From assembly GCA_963662435.1 (NCBI GenBank), contig OY759598.1:2512507-2576506 (forward strand): a stretch of DNA of 64,000 nt. The letters are read 5' to 3'. The notes under the pieces were generated by a model, which saw nothing but the letters and a program-made list of their open reading frames with translations, was not told the origin of the DNA and made no database searches. A program made the position numbers and the translations under genes. Position 1 is the stretch's first letter. Each line of letters begins with the position of its first letter. Origin of the DNA: Dehalococcoidia bacterium (GTDB taxonomy: Bacteria; Chloroflexota; Dehalococcoidia; Lucifugimonadales; VXLM01). Below, in pieces: positions 29,956 to 38,838 of this stretch.

Positions 29956-30894
29956 ATGAAGATACTGATTATGGGATCGGGGGCCGTGGGCGGCTACTTC
30001 GGCGGCGTGCTGAGCCGGGCCGGCCACGAGGTGGTGTTCATCGCCCGTGGCAGCCACCTCGAGGCGATCAACCGCGACGGCCTGAGCGTCAAGAGCGACG
30101 CCACGGGCACGTTCAATGTACCGGCCTCAGCCATTGATCGCCCGGACGGAACGTGGAGAGCCGACCTGGTCCTCTACTGCGTTAAGGGCTACGACAACCA
30201 CACGGGAGTGCCGACGATAGGCCCCGCCGTGAGCGACGACACGGTGGTCCTCACGCTCCAAAACGGCATGGGCAGCGTGGATGCCCTCGAGGCAGCTTAC
30301 GGAAAGGAAGCGGTCCTGCCGGGCCTGACCTACATCGACGCGACGCGCACCGGGCCGGGCGCTGTCAGCGAGTTCGGCCTCAAGGCCCCCGACATGGTCT
30401 TCGGCGAGGAAGACGGCAGCGACTCGGACCGCGTAGCCCGTGTCCGTGACGCGCTCGAAGTCGAAGGCATCGACGTCAAGGTGGCCGACGATATCACCAA
30501 GGAGCTATGGAGCAAGTTCATCTACATCTGTGGCCTCAGTGGCTCGACGTGTATCACCCGTTCGACCTTCGATCAGGTCGTCATGTCGCCGCACACGCTG
30601 GAGTTTGTTCGGAGCATCATGCGCGAGGCCTATGCGGTATCTCAGGCGAAGGGCGTGAACATCCCGCCGGACTACGTCGACACAACGGTCGACTACTTCG
30701 TCAGCATCAAGGGCGAGAACACATCGTCGATGTACACCGACCTCATGCGGGGAAGCCCCATCGAGGTCGAGGTGCTAAATGGCGCCGTTGCACGAATGGG
30801 AGCCGAAATGTCCATTCCGACGCCCGCTAACTCCTTCATCGCCACGTGCCTGTCGCTCTACCACGCCCGCGCAATGGCCGAGCGAGGCAGCTAG
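29956..30894 (+). CDS. panE: ketopantoate reductase family protein
   Basis: GSGAVGGYFG, CVKGYD, LQNG, WSKF, SSMY.D...G...EVE.LNG. Confidence 0.88.
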   Translation: MKILIMGSGAVGGYFGGVLSRAGHEVVFIARGSHLEAINRDGLSVKSDATGTFNVPASAIDRPDGTWRADLVLYCVKGYDNHTGVPTIGPAVSDDTVVLTLQNGMGSVDALEAAYGKEAVLPGLTYIDATRTGPGAVSEFGLKAPDMVFGEEDGSDSDRVARVRDALEVEGIDVKVADDITKELWSKFIYICGLSGSTCITRSTFDQVVMSPHTLEFVRSIMREAYAVSQAKGVNIPPDYVDTTVDYFVSIKGENTSSMYTDLMRGSPIEVEVLNGAVARMGAEMSIPTPANSFIATCLSLYHARAMAERGS

Positions 30895-30931
30895 CACGTC
30901 TTCTTGGAGAGTGTCAATTGGGTCATCGAAA

Positions 30932-30989
30932 CCGTTCGTGGTGAGCTTGTCGGACCATGAACGACCCTTCGACAAGCTCAGGGTGAACG
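30932..30989. repeat. inverted REP-like pair (GTTCG..TGAGCTTGTCG / CCCTTCGACAAGCTCAGGGTGAAC)
   Basis: Same family as 438-462, 21594-21618, 42966-42991 and a degenerate copy near 17371-17425. Confidence 0.75.
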
Positions 30990-31031
30990 AATATTCCTCT
31001 TGATACCCTCTCGACCATTGTCAGGTTAATT

Positions 31032-31712
31032 CTACTTCCTCCCCGCCGCTACCTCCGCCATCCGCTGGCGGTCATGGTCTGTGAAGTGGGGCTCCACCTT
31101 GCCGACGAAGTCCATCATAGTCTCTTCGACCGTGGCGCTGGTCGTGTCGAGCTCGATCTTGTGGCACAGCCGTGAGCGCTCGAACTCTTCCCTGAACCTG
31201 TCAAGCACGAGATCCACGTCCGGGTTTCTGAGTACGCCGTTGGGGTGCGGGTTTTGCGCCATGCGACTGCGAATCACTTCCGGCGACGCGCTCACGTGAC
31301 AGATCACGACGTCCTTGCCTGCGTTGAGAATCCTGTTCTCTATACTGTCCATGAATTGGCGCCGAGACTCGTACCCGAAGTACAGTTCTCCATAGATCGC
31401 ATCCTCGATATGCAGGCCGATCACAACCTTGTCCGTCTTCCCCGACAGTCCCGTCGCATGGTAGACCACGTTGTGCCGCATTATGGTCTCCTTGATTCGC
31501 GGACTGAGAGCCAGGACCTGCTCCTGCTCTTCAGTCGTGAAGACGACAGGAACGGGTGAGTACTCCGGTTCGTGGGTTACGGTGTAGGGAAACTTGAAGT
31601 GATCGTGGACGAGGTTTACGTAGCCCCCGATCTCCTCGTGAATCCACTCCCGGATCTTGAACGCCAGCGTCGTGGTGCCCGAGTACTCACAACCCACAAT
31701 TACGATCCTCAA
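31032..31712 (-). CDS. nucleotide-kinase-like P-loop protein of unknown function
   Basis: IVIVGCEYSGTTTLA (Walker A lacking Lys), ASPEVIRSRM, ELDTTSATVEE; TTG start with GAGGAGG. Confidence 0.7.
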   Translation of the reverse strand: MRIVIVGCEYSGTTTLAFKIREWIHEEIGGYVNLVHDHFKFPYTVTHEPEYSPVPVVFTTEEQEQVLALSPRIKETIMRHNVVYHATGLSGKTDKVVIGLHIEDAIYGELYFGYESRRQFMDSIENRILNAGKDVVICHVSASPEVIRSRMAQNPHPNGVLRNPDVDLVLDRFREEFERSRLCHKIELDTTSATVEETMMDFVGKVEPHFTDHDRQRMAEVAAGRK

Positions 31713-31746
31713 GATGCGGCCTCCTCGTGTGACGTAGCTGTGTGAG

Positions 31747-32013
31747 CTAGTAGATGCGCCCCTCGACGTACTCAAACGGCGGGGTTATGGAGATCAACTC
31801 ACCGCCGAAAGTCTCAAGGACACCGTTGGCGTAGCGGGTATGTCCGGGAAATCCGCCGCTTGGCGATCCGGCCCAGCCTAGGGAGGGTAAGAGCGCTAGG
31901 AATTCGTCGGGGAGCTCCACGTCGGATTCGACGACGCTCCAACGGTTTTGATCGTCAACCTCAAGCGTGACTCCGTCTCCGGGCTTTGGTATGCGTAGTC
32001 GGTAAATCGTCAC
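31747..32013 (-). CDS. small hypothetical protein
   Basis: 88 aa ORF; GTG start overlaps the upstream TGA (translational coupling). Confidence 0.6.
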   Translation of the reverse strand: MTIYRLRIPKPGDGVTLEVDDQNRWSVVESDVELPDEFLALLPSLGWAGSPSGGFPGHTRYANGVLETFGGELISITPPFEYVEGRIY

Positions 32014-32330
32014 GTCCGCATCACCACTTCAAAGATAAAGTCAAAGAGGCGTGGGTCTTCGTTGAAGGGCTTGACCGGATCGTGCCACATATGTTCAAGC
32101 CCCATTGAAATGACCTCCGTATCTTGGTCAAGTATATCGTCCCGCGCAGCGTACCGTCTCCCGACGTAGGGATTGAAAAACTCGTTTGGCGTCGTAACCT
32201 CTTTGGGGTCGTAGTTGGGGTTGCCTGAGACCCTCCGCAAACTCTGGCGGCGTTCGCCCTTCGTGCGGTCGTTTAGGTGCTTGGTGGCGGCGCGGACTCT
32301 TGTATTTCGGTTGATATGGATTTCGCCGAC
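32010..32330 (-). pseudogene. truncated phage-like gene fragment
   Basis: Frame open upstream of 32240: ...AATKHLNDRTKGERRQSLRRVSGNPNYDPKEV..NEFFNPYVGRRY...TEVISMGLE; no credible start; 5' boundary approximate. Confidence 0.4.
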
Positions 32331-33187
32331 GCCACGTCCCTGATATATGCCCGGATATCGTCTGATAGCTCACCACGGTCGAGAGCTGCACGGATGGACG
32401 CCTTCAGCAGTCCGGCGGGGACTCCGGTGTCGAACAGCGCGCCCGGGAAACGGTACGCCGTCCCTCTGTGCGTCTTGAGCAGCGCCCCGATCCCGTCCGC
32501 CAGCCAGATCTCCCCACCTGCCCCGGGTTTCGTTCCCTCCAGGGCGGAGAAAATCTCCGGCGGCAGCACGTACCGCCCGACCACCGCCAGGTTTGACGGC
32601 GCTTCCTCGATCGACGGCTTCTCAACGAGCCCGTTTATCTCATACACCCGCCCGTTCTGAGCAGTGGGCGCAACGACTCCCTTCTGCGGTATCGTCTCCA
32701 CCGGCGTTTCCGCCACGCCAATCACGGGCCCACCCGTCTCGCGATAGATATCGATCATATCCCCGACGGTCGACTCGCTCCCCAAGATGACATCGTCCGG
32801 GAACAGGACCGCCAGCGGCTCGTCTCCGACCGATTCCCCGGCAACCAGCACGGCGTGACCGTTGCCGAGCGGCTCCCTTTGTTGGACATACGTAATGGTC
32901 ACTGCCTTCGTGAGGGTGGATACTCGTTCAAGGAGTGCGGACCTTCCCTGCATCTCCAGTATCCGCGCCACGTCGGATGACCCATCGAAGTAGGATTGGA
33001 CCGCCTCCTGGTGCGGCGAAACGACGATGGTCACGTGGTCGATGCCCGCGGAGGCGACCTCCTCCACCGCGAGATGGATGACCGGCGTGTCCAGCACGGG
33101 CAGGAGCGCCTTGGGAATGGCCTTCGTCGCTGGAAGGAAGCGGGTGCCGAGTCCCGCCGTCGGAATGACGGCCTTACGCACGTTCAT
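32273..33187 (-). CDS. galU: UTP--glucose-1-phosphate uridylyltransferase
   Basis: KAVIP.AGLGTRFLPATKAIPK, Q.EPLG.GHAV, LVEKP...APSNLAVVGRY. Confidence 0.9.
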   Translation of the reverse strand: MNVRKAVIPTAGLGTRFLPATKAIPKALLPVLDTPVIHLAVEEVASAGIDHVTIVVSPHQEAVQSYFDGSSDVARILEMQGRSALLERVSTLTKAVTITYVQQREPLGNGHAVLVAGESVGDEPLAVLFPDDVILGSESTVGDMIDIYRETGGPVIGVAETPVETIPQKGVVAPTAQNGRVYEINGLVEKPSIEEAPSNLAVVGRYVLPPEIFSALEGTKPGAGGEIWLADGIGALLKTHRGTAYRFPGALFDTGVPAGLLKASIRAALDRGELSDDIRAYIRDVASAKSISTEIQESAPPPST

Positions 33188-33250
33188 AGCCGGCTAAGGG
33201 CCTCCCAGTTCCGGTTGCGGCCCGATTATAGCACGCTGGAGGTCAGGTGC

Positions 33251-33344
33251 TGGATTCCCGCACCCGTCTTCACAGGGGCGGGCTCTGGACGGGAATGACG
33301 GTGGCTGTGCGTAACCGGCGTTCCCACGGAGTCTGAACAATTGC
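33251..33344. repeat. REP-like GGATTCCCG...GGGAATGAC element with conserved CTGAACA terminus
   Basis: Resembles 41488-41612 and 13726-13802. Confidence 0.6.
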
Positions 33345-33584
33345 CTATGCTCAGGACGCTAGGGGTCGATTCATGGGACATTTTGGGACATTCTGTGACA
33401 TTGAAGGGCGTCATCGCCGTTGCGCCCTGAGTAGGTGCGGGGCAGGTTGATAGGTTGTCGCACGCTTAATATAGTTCATTAGTTCTTATTCGTCAAGTTC
33501 GATTGAAGTAACCGGAGCCTGCGTCCTTCATGGTAGTATGGAGACCAACCACCCCGTACAGCCCTTACGACTACGGAGGACGCC

Positions 33585-33929
33585 ATGACACTTGCTCGTG
33601 AAAAATGCGTCGCCTGCCGGCGGGATTCGCCGAGAGTCACACCGGAAGAGATCGCAGAACTCCAACCAATCGTGTCGGACTGGGACCTCACGGAAGTCGA
33701 CGAGATCAAACGACTCGACAGAACATACAAGTTCTCCGACTTTGCCGGGGCCTTGGAGTTCTCTCAGAAGGTCGGTGAGATCGCCGAGGATGAGGGACAC
33801 CACCCGCGAATCATCACCGAGTGGGGCCGAGTGAACGTCGCCTGGTGGACGCACAAGATACGCGGCCTCCACCGCAACGACTTCATCATGGCCGCCAAGA
33901 CCGACGGCCTCTACGGCTACGACGACTAA
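33585..33929 (+). CDS. phhB: pterin-4-alpha-carbinolamine dehydratase
   Basis: KCVAC, AEDEGHHP, WWTHKIRGLHRNDFIMAAK. Confidence 0.92.
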   Translation: MTLAREKCVACRRDSPRVTPEEIAELQPIVSDWDLTEVDEIKRLDRTYKFSDFAGALEFSQKVGEIAEDEGHHPRIITEWGRVNVAWWTHKIRGLHRNDFIMAAKTDGLYGYDD

Positions 33930-34432
33930 CCGCCAACTGTCACAATGCGAGGCTTCTCTCGCCCGTCCAGCGCCGTCCACTCTACGGACGTGACTTCGAC
34001 CAGCGACAGCCATCCCTTGGCATCGGCCAGCATCAGGTCGGTCCTCACGCCCATCCACTCCGGCTGGAACAGCCCAAGCAGCTTGACGCCGTCCCGCAGC
34101 TTGACACGCGCACCATGCCGGTTGTGCCTGACCAGGTGGTGATGTCCCACCGCCGTCTTGATGACGGCGTGGTAGAACAGCCGAAACGGGTAGGGCGTCT
34201 CGCGCCAAACATCCTCCAGCGTCTCGTGACACTCCCAGAACTCACCCCGGTTGAACTGCTGGATGGCAACCGACAACTCCGGCGATGGCTCCGCTGACCG
34301 GAGGTCCCCGAATCGCCCGATCCCGTGCTCCCGCAGGGCGTCGGTCCACTGCGCATCCAATGCCCGCCGGTTGCGGAACGGCAGGAGTGGGAGGTTGGTT
34401 AGGGGGTCGTGAGTGATGGGGGAACCCGTCAT
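33926..34432 (-). CDS. DUF309 family protein
   Basis: FNRGEFWECHETLEDVW, AVIKTAVG.HH. Confidence 0.82.
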   Translation of the reverse strand: MTGSPITHDPLTNLPLLPFRNRRALDAQWTDALREHGIGRFGDLRSAEPSPELSVAIQQFNRGEFWECHETLEDVWRETPYPFRLFYHAVIKTAVGHHHLVRHNRHGARVKLRDGVKLLGLFQPEWMGVRTDLMLADAKGWLSLVEVTSVEWTALDGREKPRIVTVGG

Positions 34433-34444
34433 TTCGAGGGCCGT

Positions 34445-35260
34445 CTAACTCATTGTCCGCTTGTAATGCCCGGGTGTCACGAACTCGACGAGGCCGATGG
34501 CCTTCAGCATTTGGAGTTGCTGTCGCAGCTTGTCGGGCACATGACGGTTCCTAGGGTAGCGGCTTGCGGCAACGGGCTGGCACACCTCAACCAAGTCGTT
34601 TAGGCGGAAACCGTCTTCCGGCATGGCCAGCACCCCTTCCAAGGTGAGTCTCTGCCAGCCTTTGAATCCCTCCAACAGCCGTTCTCTATCGGGTATGGAG
34701 AACGTCGCTCCCACGGCAGGCTCGTCAGGTTTCCTTGCCGCCTTGGGGAAAACAGGTTTAGGCAAAGACGCCTTGATAGCTTCCAGGGGAGCGTAGAGCG
34801 CTTCAAGGTCTTCGCGCTTCATTCTTTGGGGTGGCTCGTCGGAGCCGAGTCCACGCAGAAGAGATCTAGCGAGTTGCTTCACAACCCGCTTGTCTTCCGT
34901 GCCCAGGCCGCATTCGAGGTTGTGCCACAATCCGGACTTGGTGGCGTTCGCCGAGGTCACCAGCGCGGAAGAGTCGTCGAAGATGTACAACTTGGCGTGA
35001 AGACCACTCAAACTGCGTACCGTCACGCCCTCTCTTGCAAGAGCGCAAAGCGTATCCAAATTGGAAGAACCTACGGCAAAATCTCTCAGGTCGGTTCGCG
35101 TCACCAGCGTTTGGGACACTTCTTTGGACACAATGTCCGTCAACTCGATGATTGCATTGTTGACATACGGACTCCCCATGAGCATCCGCGCGCTACAAGC
35201 ACCGGCACGTTTCGCTAGCCAGTCATGGGTTGGAGTCGTGACGATTTGCAGATTGTCCAT
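34445..35260 (-). CDS. phospholipase D-family nuclease fused to a DpnI-type winged-helix domain
   Basis: HKD-type LHAKLYIFD...VTSANAT.SGL..NLE; C-terminal YPRNRHVPDKLRQQLQMLKAIGLVEFVTPGHYKR. Confidence 0.85.
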   Translation of the reverse strand: MDNLQIVTTPTHDWLAKRAGACSARMLMGSPYVNNAIIELTDIVSKEVSQTLVTRTDLRDFAVGSSNLDTLCALAREGVTVRSLSGLHAKLYIFDDSSALVTSANATKSGLWHNLECGLGTEDKRVVKQLARSLLRGLGSDEPPQRMKREDLEALYAPLEAIKASLPKPVFPKAARKPDEPAVGATFSIPDRERLLEGFKGWQRLTLEGVLAMPEDGFRLNDLVEVCQPVAASRYPRNRHVPDKLRQQLQMLKAIGLVEFVTPGHYKRTMS

Positions 35261-35261
35261 C

Positions 35262-35432
35262 CTACCTCGGTTCCTCCGACACCTTCTCAATCTCGAATAC
35301 GTGGCGTTCGACCACGTCCCAGTCGAGTTCATTGGGGTTCAAACAAACGGCTTCGTCGCGAGCCTCGATTTCGGTATCCGCCTCGATGACAATCGGGCAT
35401 GAGACGGATTGTTCTATCCACACCAAATACAT
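35262..35432 (-). CDS. small protein, DpnD/PcfM-like
   Basis: MYLVWIEQSVSCPIVIEADTEIEARDEA pattern; stop 1 nt before the PLD-wH start. Confidence 0.5.
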   Translation of the reverse strand: MYLVWIEQSVSCPIVIEADTEIEARDEAVCLNPNELDWDVVERHVFEIEKVSEEPR

Positions 35433-35727
35433 CGGTATTCTAGCCCCCGCCGTGTCAAGGCTCAAGCTTGGCAACGATGCCGCGATCGTTGATCAGATCA
35501 TCTGCTCTTGTCAACCGATGAATTCTCGTTCGCCGCTCAACGCCTTCCCCTTCACCCGTTCATTGAAATCGTAAGACAACTGTACTATAATTCTTCAAAG
35601 GGACGGAGCGCTCCGTCCCTTTTGTGCGTCGTTCGTGATGGCGATTTCGGACGAGGAAAACGCATTCGGTAAACTCGCAACGCTCGCCGGGCGAGAGAGG
35701 AACTCGGTCGGTGGAGAGGAGGCTGGG

Positions 35728-37020
35728 ATGACGGTCACAGCAGTACTTGGCGCCCAGTGGGGCGATGAGGGAAAAGGCAAGCTCGTCGACGTTCTTGCGG
35801 GGGAAGGCGACATTGTCGCCCGATTCTCCGGGGGCAACAACGCCGGGCATACGGTCATCACCGAGCAGGGTGAGTTCAAGTTCCATCTGCTCCCGTCCGG
35901 CGTCGTCTGGCCGCATACCCTCAACGTCATCGGCAACGGCGTTGTCGTTGATCCTGATGTGCTGCTGGACGAGATTACCGGACTCGAAGCGCGCGGCATC
36001 AGCATCAGGGAAAGACTGTTCGTCAGCGAGCGTTCCCACCTCGTGATGCCGTATCACGTCGTGCTCGATCAGATTTCCGAAGAGGCGAAGGGACGGAACG
36101 CCATCGGGACTACCGGCCGGGGCATCGGTCCCGCCTACGCGGACAAGGCCTCTCGGATAGGCATCCGGGCCACCGAGCTCCGCGACATCGAGGCACTCCT
36201 TCCGAGGCTCGAGGACGTCCTCAACCATCACAACGCGATCCTGACCAAGGTCTACGGAGTCGAAGCACTTTCCTTCGAGGAAGTGTTCGACAAGTGCAAG
36301 CTGTGGTCCGAGCACCTCTCGGAGTACATCGGGCCGGTCGAGCACATGGTCTTCGATGCCGTGAACTCCGGCAAGCAACTCATCATCGAGGGCGCCCAGG
36401 GGGCCCTTCTCGATCTGGATCACGGCACCTACCCGTTCGTCACGTCCTCGCACCCCACCATCGGCGGAGCGATGACGGGACTGGGTCTTCTGCCGGGACA
36501 GATCGATAGTGTACTCGGCGTCTTCAAGGCCTACAGCACCCGTGTGGGAGGCGGGCCGTTCGTCACGGAACTGCACGGCGAAACCGGCGAGGAGATTCGC
36601 CAGCGCGCCAAGGAGTTCGGCACGACGACAGGCAGGCCAAGGAGGGTGGGCTGGTTCGACTCGGTGGCCGCGCGGTACAGCGCCCGCATCAACGGCTACA
36701 CGGGTGGCATCCTCACCCGCCTCGACGTGCTGGACAGCTTCGACTCGATCATGGTGTGCCGCGCTTACGAGCTCGACGGCGAGATCGTGTGGGACTTCCC
36801 CGGAAACGCCTCGACGTTGGAGCGGTGCATACCGATCTACGAGGAGCTTTCCGGCTGGGATATGCCCACGGCAGGCATGAACGCCTACGAGGACCTTCCG
36901 GCCAACGCGAAGGCATACGTCGACCGTATCCAGGAGCTTGTCGGCGTCGGATTCGACATCATCTCAACGGGCCCGCACCGCGACGAGACGATTCACGTCC
37001 GGCCGATGGTCGCCCTGTAA
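35728..37020 (+). CDS. purA: adenylosuccinate synthetase
   Basis: QWGDEGKGK, GGNNAGHT, GIGPAYADK, EFGTTTGRPRRVGWFD. Confidence 0.98.
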   Translation: MTVTAVLGAQWGDEGKGKLVDVLAGEGDIVARFSGGNNAGHTVITEQGEFKFHLLPSGVVWPHTLNVIGNGVVVDPDVLLDEITGLEARGISIRERLFVSERSHLVMPYHVVLDQISEEAKGRNAIGTTGRGIGPAYADKASRIGIRATELRDIEALLPRLEDVLNHHNAILTKVYGVEALSFEEVFDKCKLWSEHLSEYIGPVEHMVFDAVNSGKQLIIEGAQGALLDLDHGTYPFVTSSHPTIGGAMTGLGLLPGQIDSVLGVFKAYSTRVGGGPFVTELHGETGEEIRQRAKEFGTTTGRPRRVGWFDSVAARYSARINGYTGGILTRLDVLDSFDSIMVCRAYELDGEIVWDFPGNASTLERCIPIYEELSGWDMPTAGMNAYEDLPANAKAYVDRIQELVGVGFDIISTGPHRDETIHVRPMVAL

Positions 37021-37059
37021 GCGTCATCGCGTACATTTATCTTGGCGAGCTCCGACGGC

Positions 37060-38730
37060 ATGACTCTCACTGACCGGGTCCGCGACCTCCTGACCGATGC
37101 GCTGCGTTCGGCGCAGGCGGACGGTCGCCTGCCGGACGTTCCCGTCGACGAGATCACAGTCGAGCGTCCACAGAACCCGGAGCACGGTGACTTCGCCACG
37201 TCCACGCCGCTGAAGCTGGCCCGCGTCATGAGGCGCAACCCCTTCGACATCGCCGAGGCCATCGCGTCCTCTATCGAGACGGACGGCATCCTCGCGAGCG
37301 CGGAGGCCGTGCGTCCCGGCTTTGTCAACCTCCGGCTCAGTCCCGCGTGGCTCGTAGAGCAGGTCGACGCAATCCGGCAGGCGGGAGACTCCTTCGGCAG
37401 CGTCGAGGACGGCAAGGACACGCGTGTCCAGGTAGAGTTCGTCAGCGTCAACCCCACCGGGCCTATCCACGTCGGACATGGCCGCGGCGCCGTCTTCGGC
37501 AGCACGCTCGCCAGCGTTCTCGAGGCCGCGGGCTACGATGTCCAGCGCGAGTACTACATCAACGACGCCGGCAACCAGATGGACAAGTTCAACCAGAGCG
37601 TCTATGCCCGGTACGTGCAGGCGTTCGGCCGAGACTCCGAGGTGCCCGAAGACGGATATTCCGGCGACTACCTGGTAGACCTAGCTGCTGAGTTGCGCGA
37701 AGAGTTCGGGGACAAGTATCTCGATATGGACGAGACCCGCGCGGTGTCCGAGATAGGCAACATCGCGATGAACCGGATGATCGACGCCATCGGTGAGGAC
37801 ATGGAGCGGCTCGAGGTACGCTACGACGAATGGTTCAGCGAGAGGAGCCTGTACGAAAGCGGCCAGTTTGAGACCGCAATTGCCATGCTCCACGACAAGG
37901 ACTTGATCCTTGAGCGCGATGGCGCGACGTGGTTCGCCACGACCAAGCTCGGCGACGAAAAGGACAAGGTGCTCATTCGCGGCACCGGCGCCCCGACGTA
38001 CTTCGCCTCCGACGTGGCCTACCACTACAACAAATTCCTCGTGCGCGGCTTCGACCGGGTCATCAACATCTGGGGGGCCGACCACCAGGGGCAGGTGCCG
38101 TTCATGCAGCAGCTTGCCGACGTCCTCGGCGTCAACCGGGAATCGCTCGTGCTGCTCATATACCAGCTCGTCACTCTCAAGATGGCAGGTGAGGCCGTCC
38201 GCTTCTCCAAGCGCGCGGGCCAGATCGTGACGCTCCGCGAGCTCGTGGATGAGGTCGGCGCGGACGCCTGCCGGTTCTTCTTCCTCCAGCGCGCGCCCGA
38301 CAGCCAGATGGAGTTCGACATCGAGCTTGCCAAGGAGCAGTCGGACAAGAACCCCGTCTACTACATCCAGTACGCCCACGCCCGCATCGCCAGCATCCTG
38401 CGCCTCGCGAACGACAGAGACATCGACTACTCAGACGGCGACACTTCGCTCCTGACGCACGAGGCGGAGCTCTCGCTCGTCCGCACCATGCTGCGGCTGC
38501 CGGAGCTCATCTCCATGATGGCGCGGAACCTCGAACCCCACCACCTCACCTACTACTCGATGGACCTTGCCACCGAGTTCCACAATTTCTACCAGCAGTG
38601 CCGCGTTGTCTCCTCCGAACCCGACGACGCCGAGATTACCAAGGCCCGCCTCAAGCTCGCAGACGCCACCGGGAGCGTCCTCGCCCGCTGCCTCAGCCTC
38701 ATGGGAATGACCGCCCCCGAGGCAATGTAG
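37060..38730 (+). CDS. argS: arginyl-tRNA synthetase
   Basis: EFVSVNPTGPIHVGHGRGA, WGADH, SKRAG, YYIQYAHARI. Confidence 0.97.
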   Translation: MTLTDRVRDLLTDALRSAQADGRLPDVPVDEITVERPQNPEHGDFATSTPLKLARVMRRNPFDIAEAIASSIETDGILASAEAVRPGFVNLRLSPAWLVEQVDAIRQAGDSFGSVEDGKDTRVQVEFVSVNPTGPIHVGHGRGAVFGSTLASVLEAAGYDVQREYYINDAGNQMDKFNQSVYARYVQAFGRDSEVPEDGYSGDYLVDLAAELREEFGDKYLDMDETRAVSEIGNIAMNRMIDAIGEDMERLEVRYDEWFSERSLYESGQFETAIAMLHDKDLILERDGATWFATTKLGDEKDKVLIRGTGAPTYFASDVAYHYNKFLVRGFDRVINIWGADHQGQVPFMQQLADVLGVNRESLVLLIYQLVTLKMAGEAVRFSKRAGQIVTLRELVDEVGADACRFFFLQRAPDSQMEFDIELAKEQSDKNPVYYIQYAHARIASILRLANDRDIDYSDGDTSLLTHEAELSLVRTMLRLPELISMMARNLEPHHLTYYSMDLATEFHNFYQQCRVVSSEPDDAEITKARLKLADATGSVLARCLSLMGMTAPEAM

Positions 38731-38838
38731 CGGTTCTGGACCACAGTCATACCGGCGAAAGCCGGTATCCAGAGGGGATGGGGGCTGGAGGGTCTAGCTG
38801 TCATGCCTTCCCATCCAGCGAATAATCGCCCAACCACC

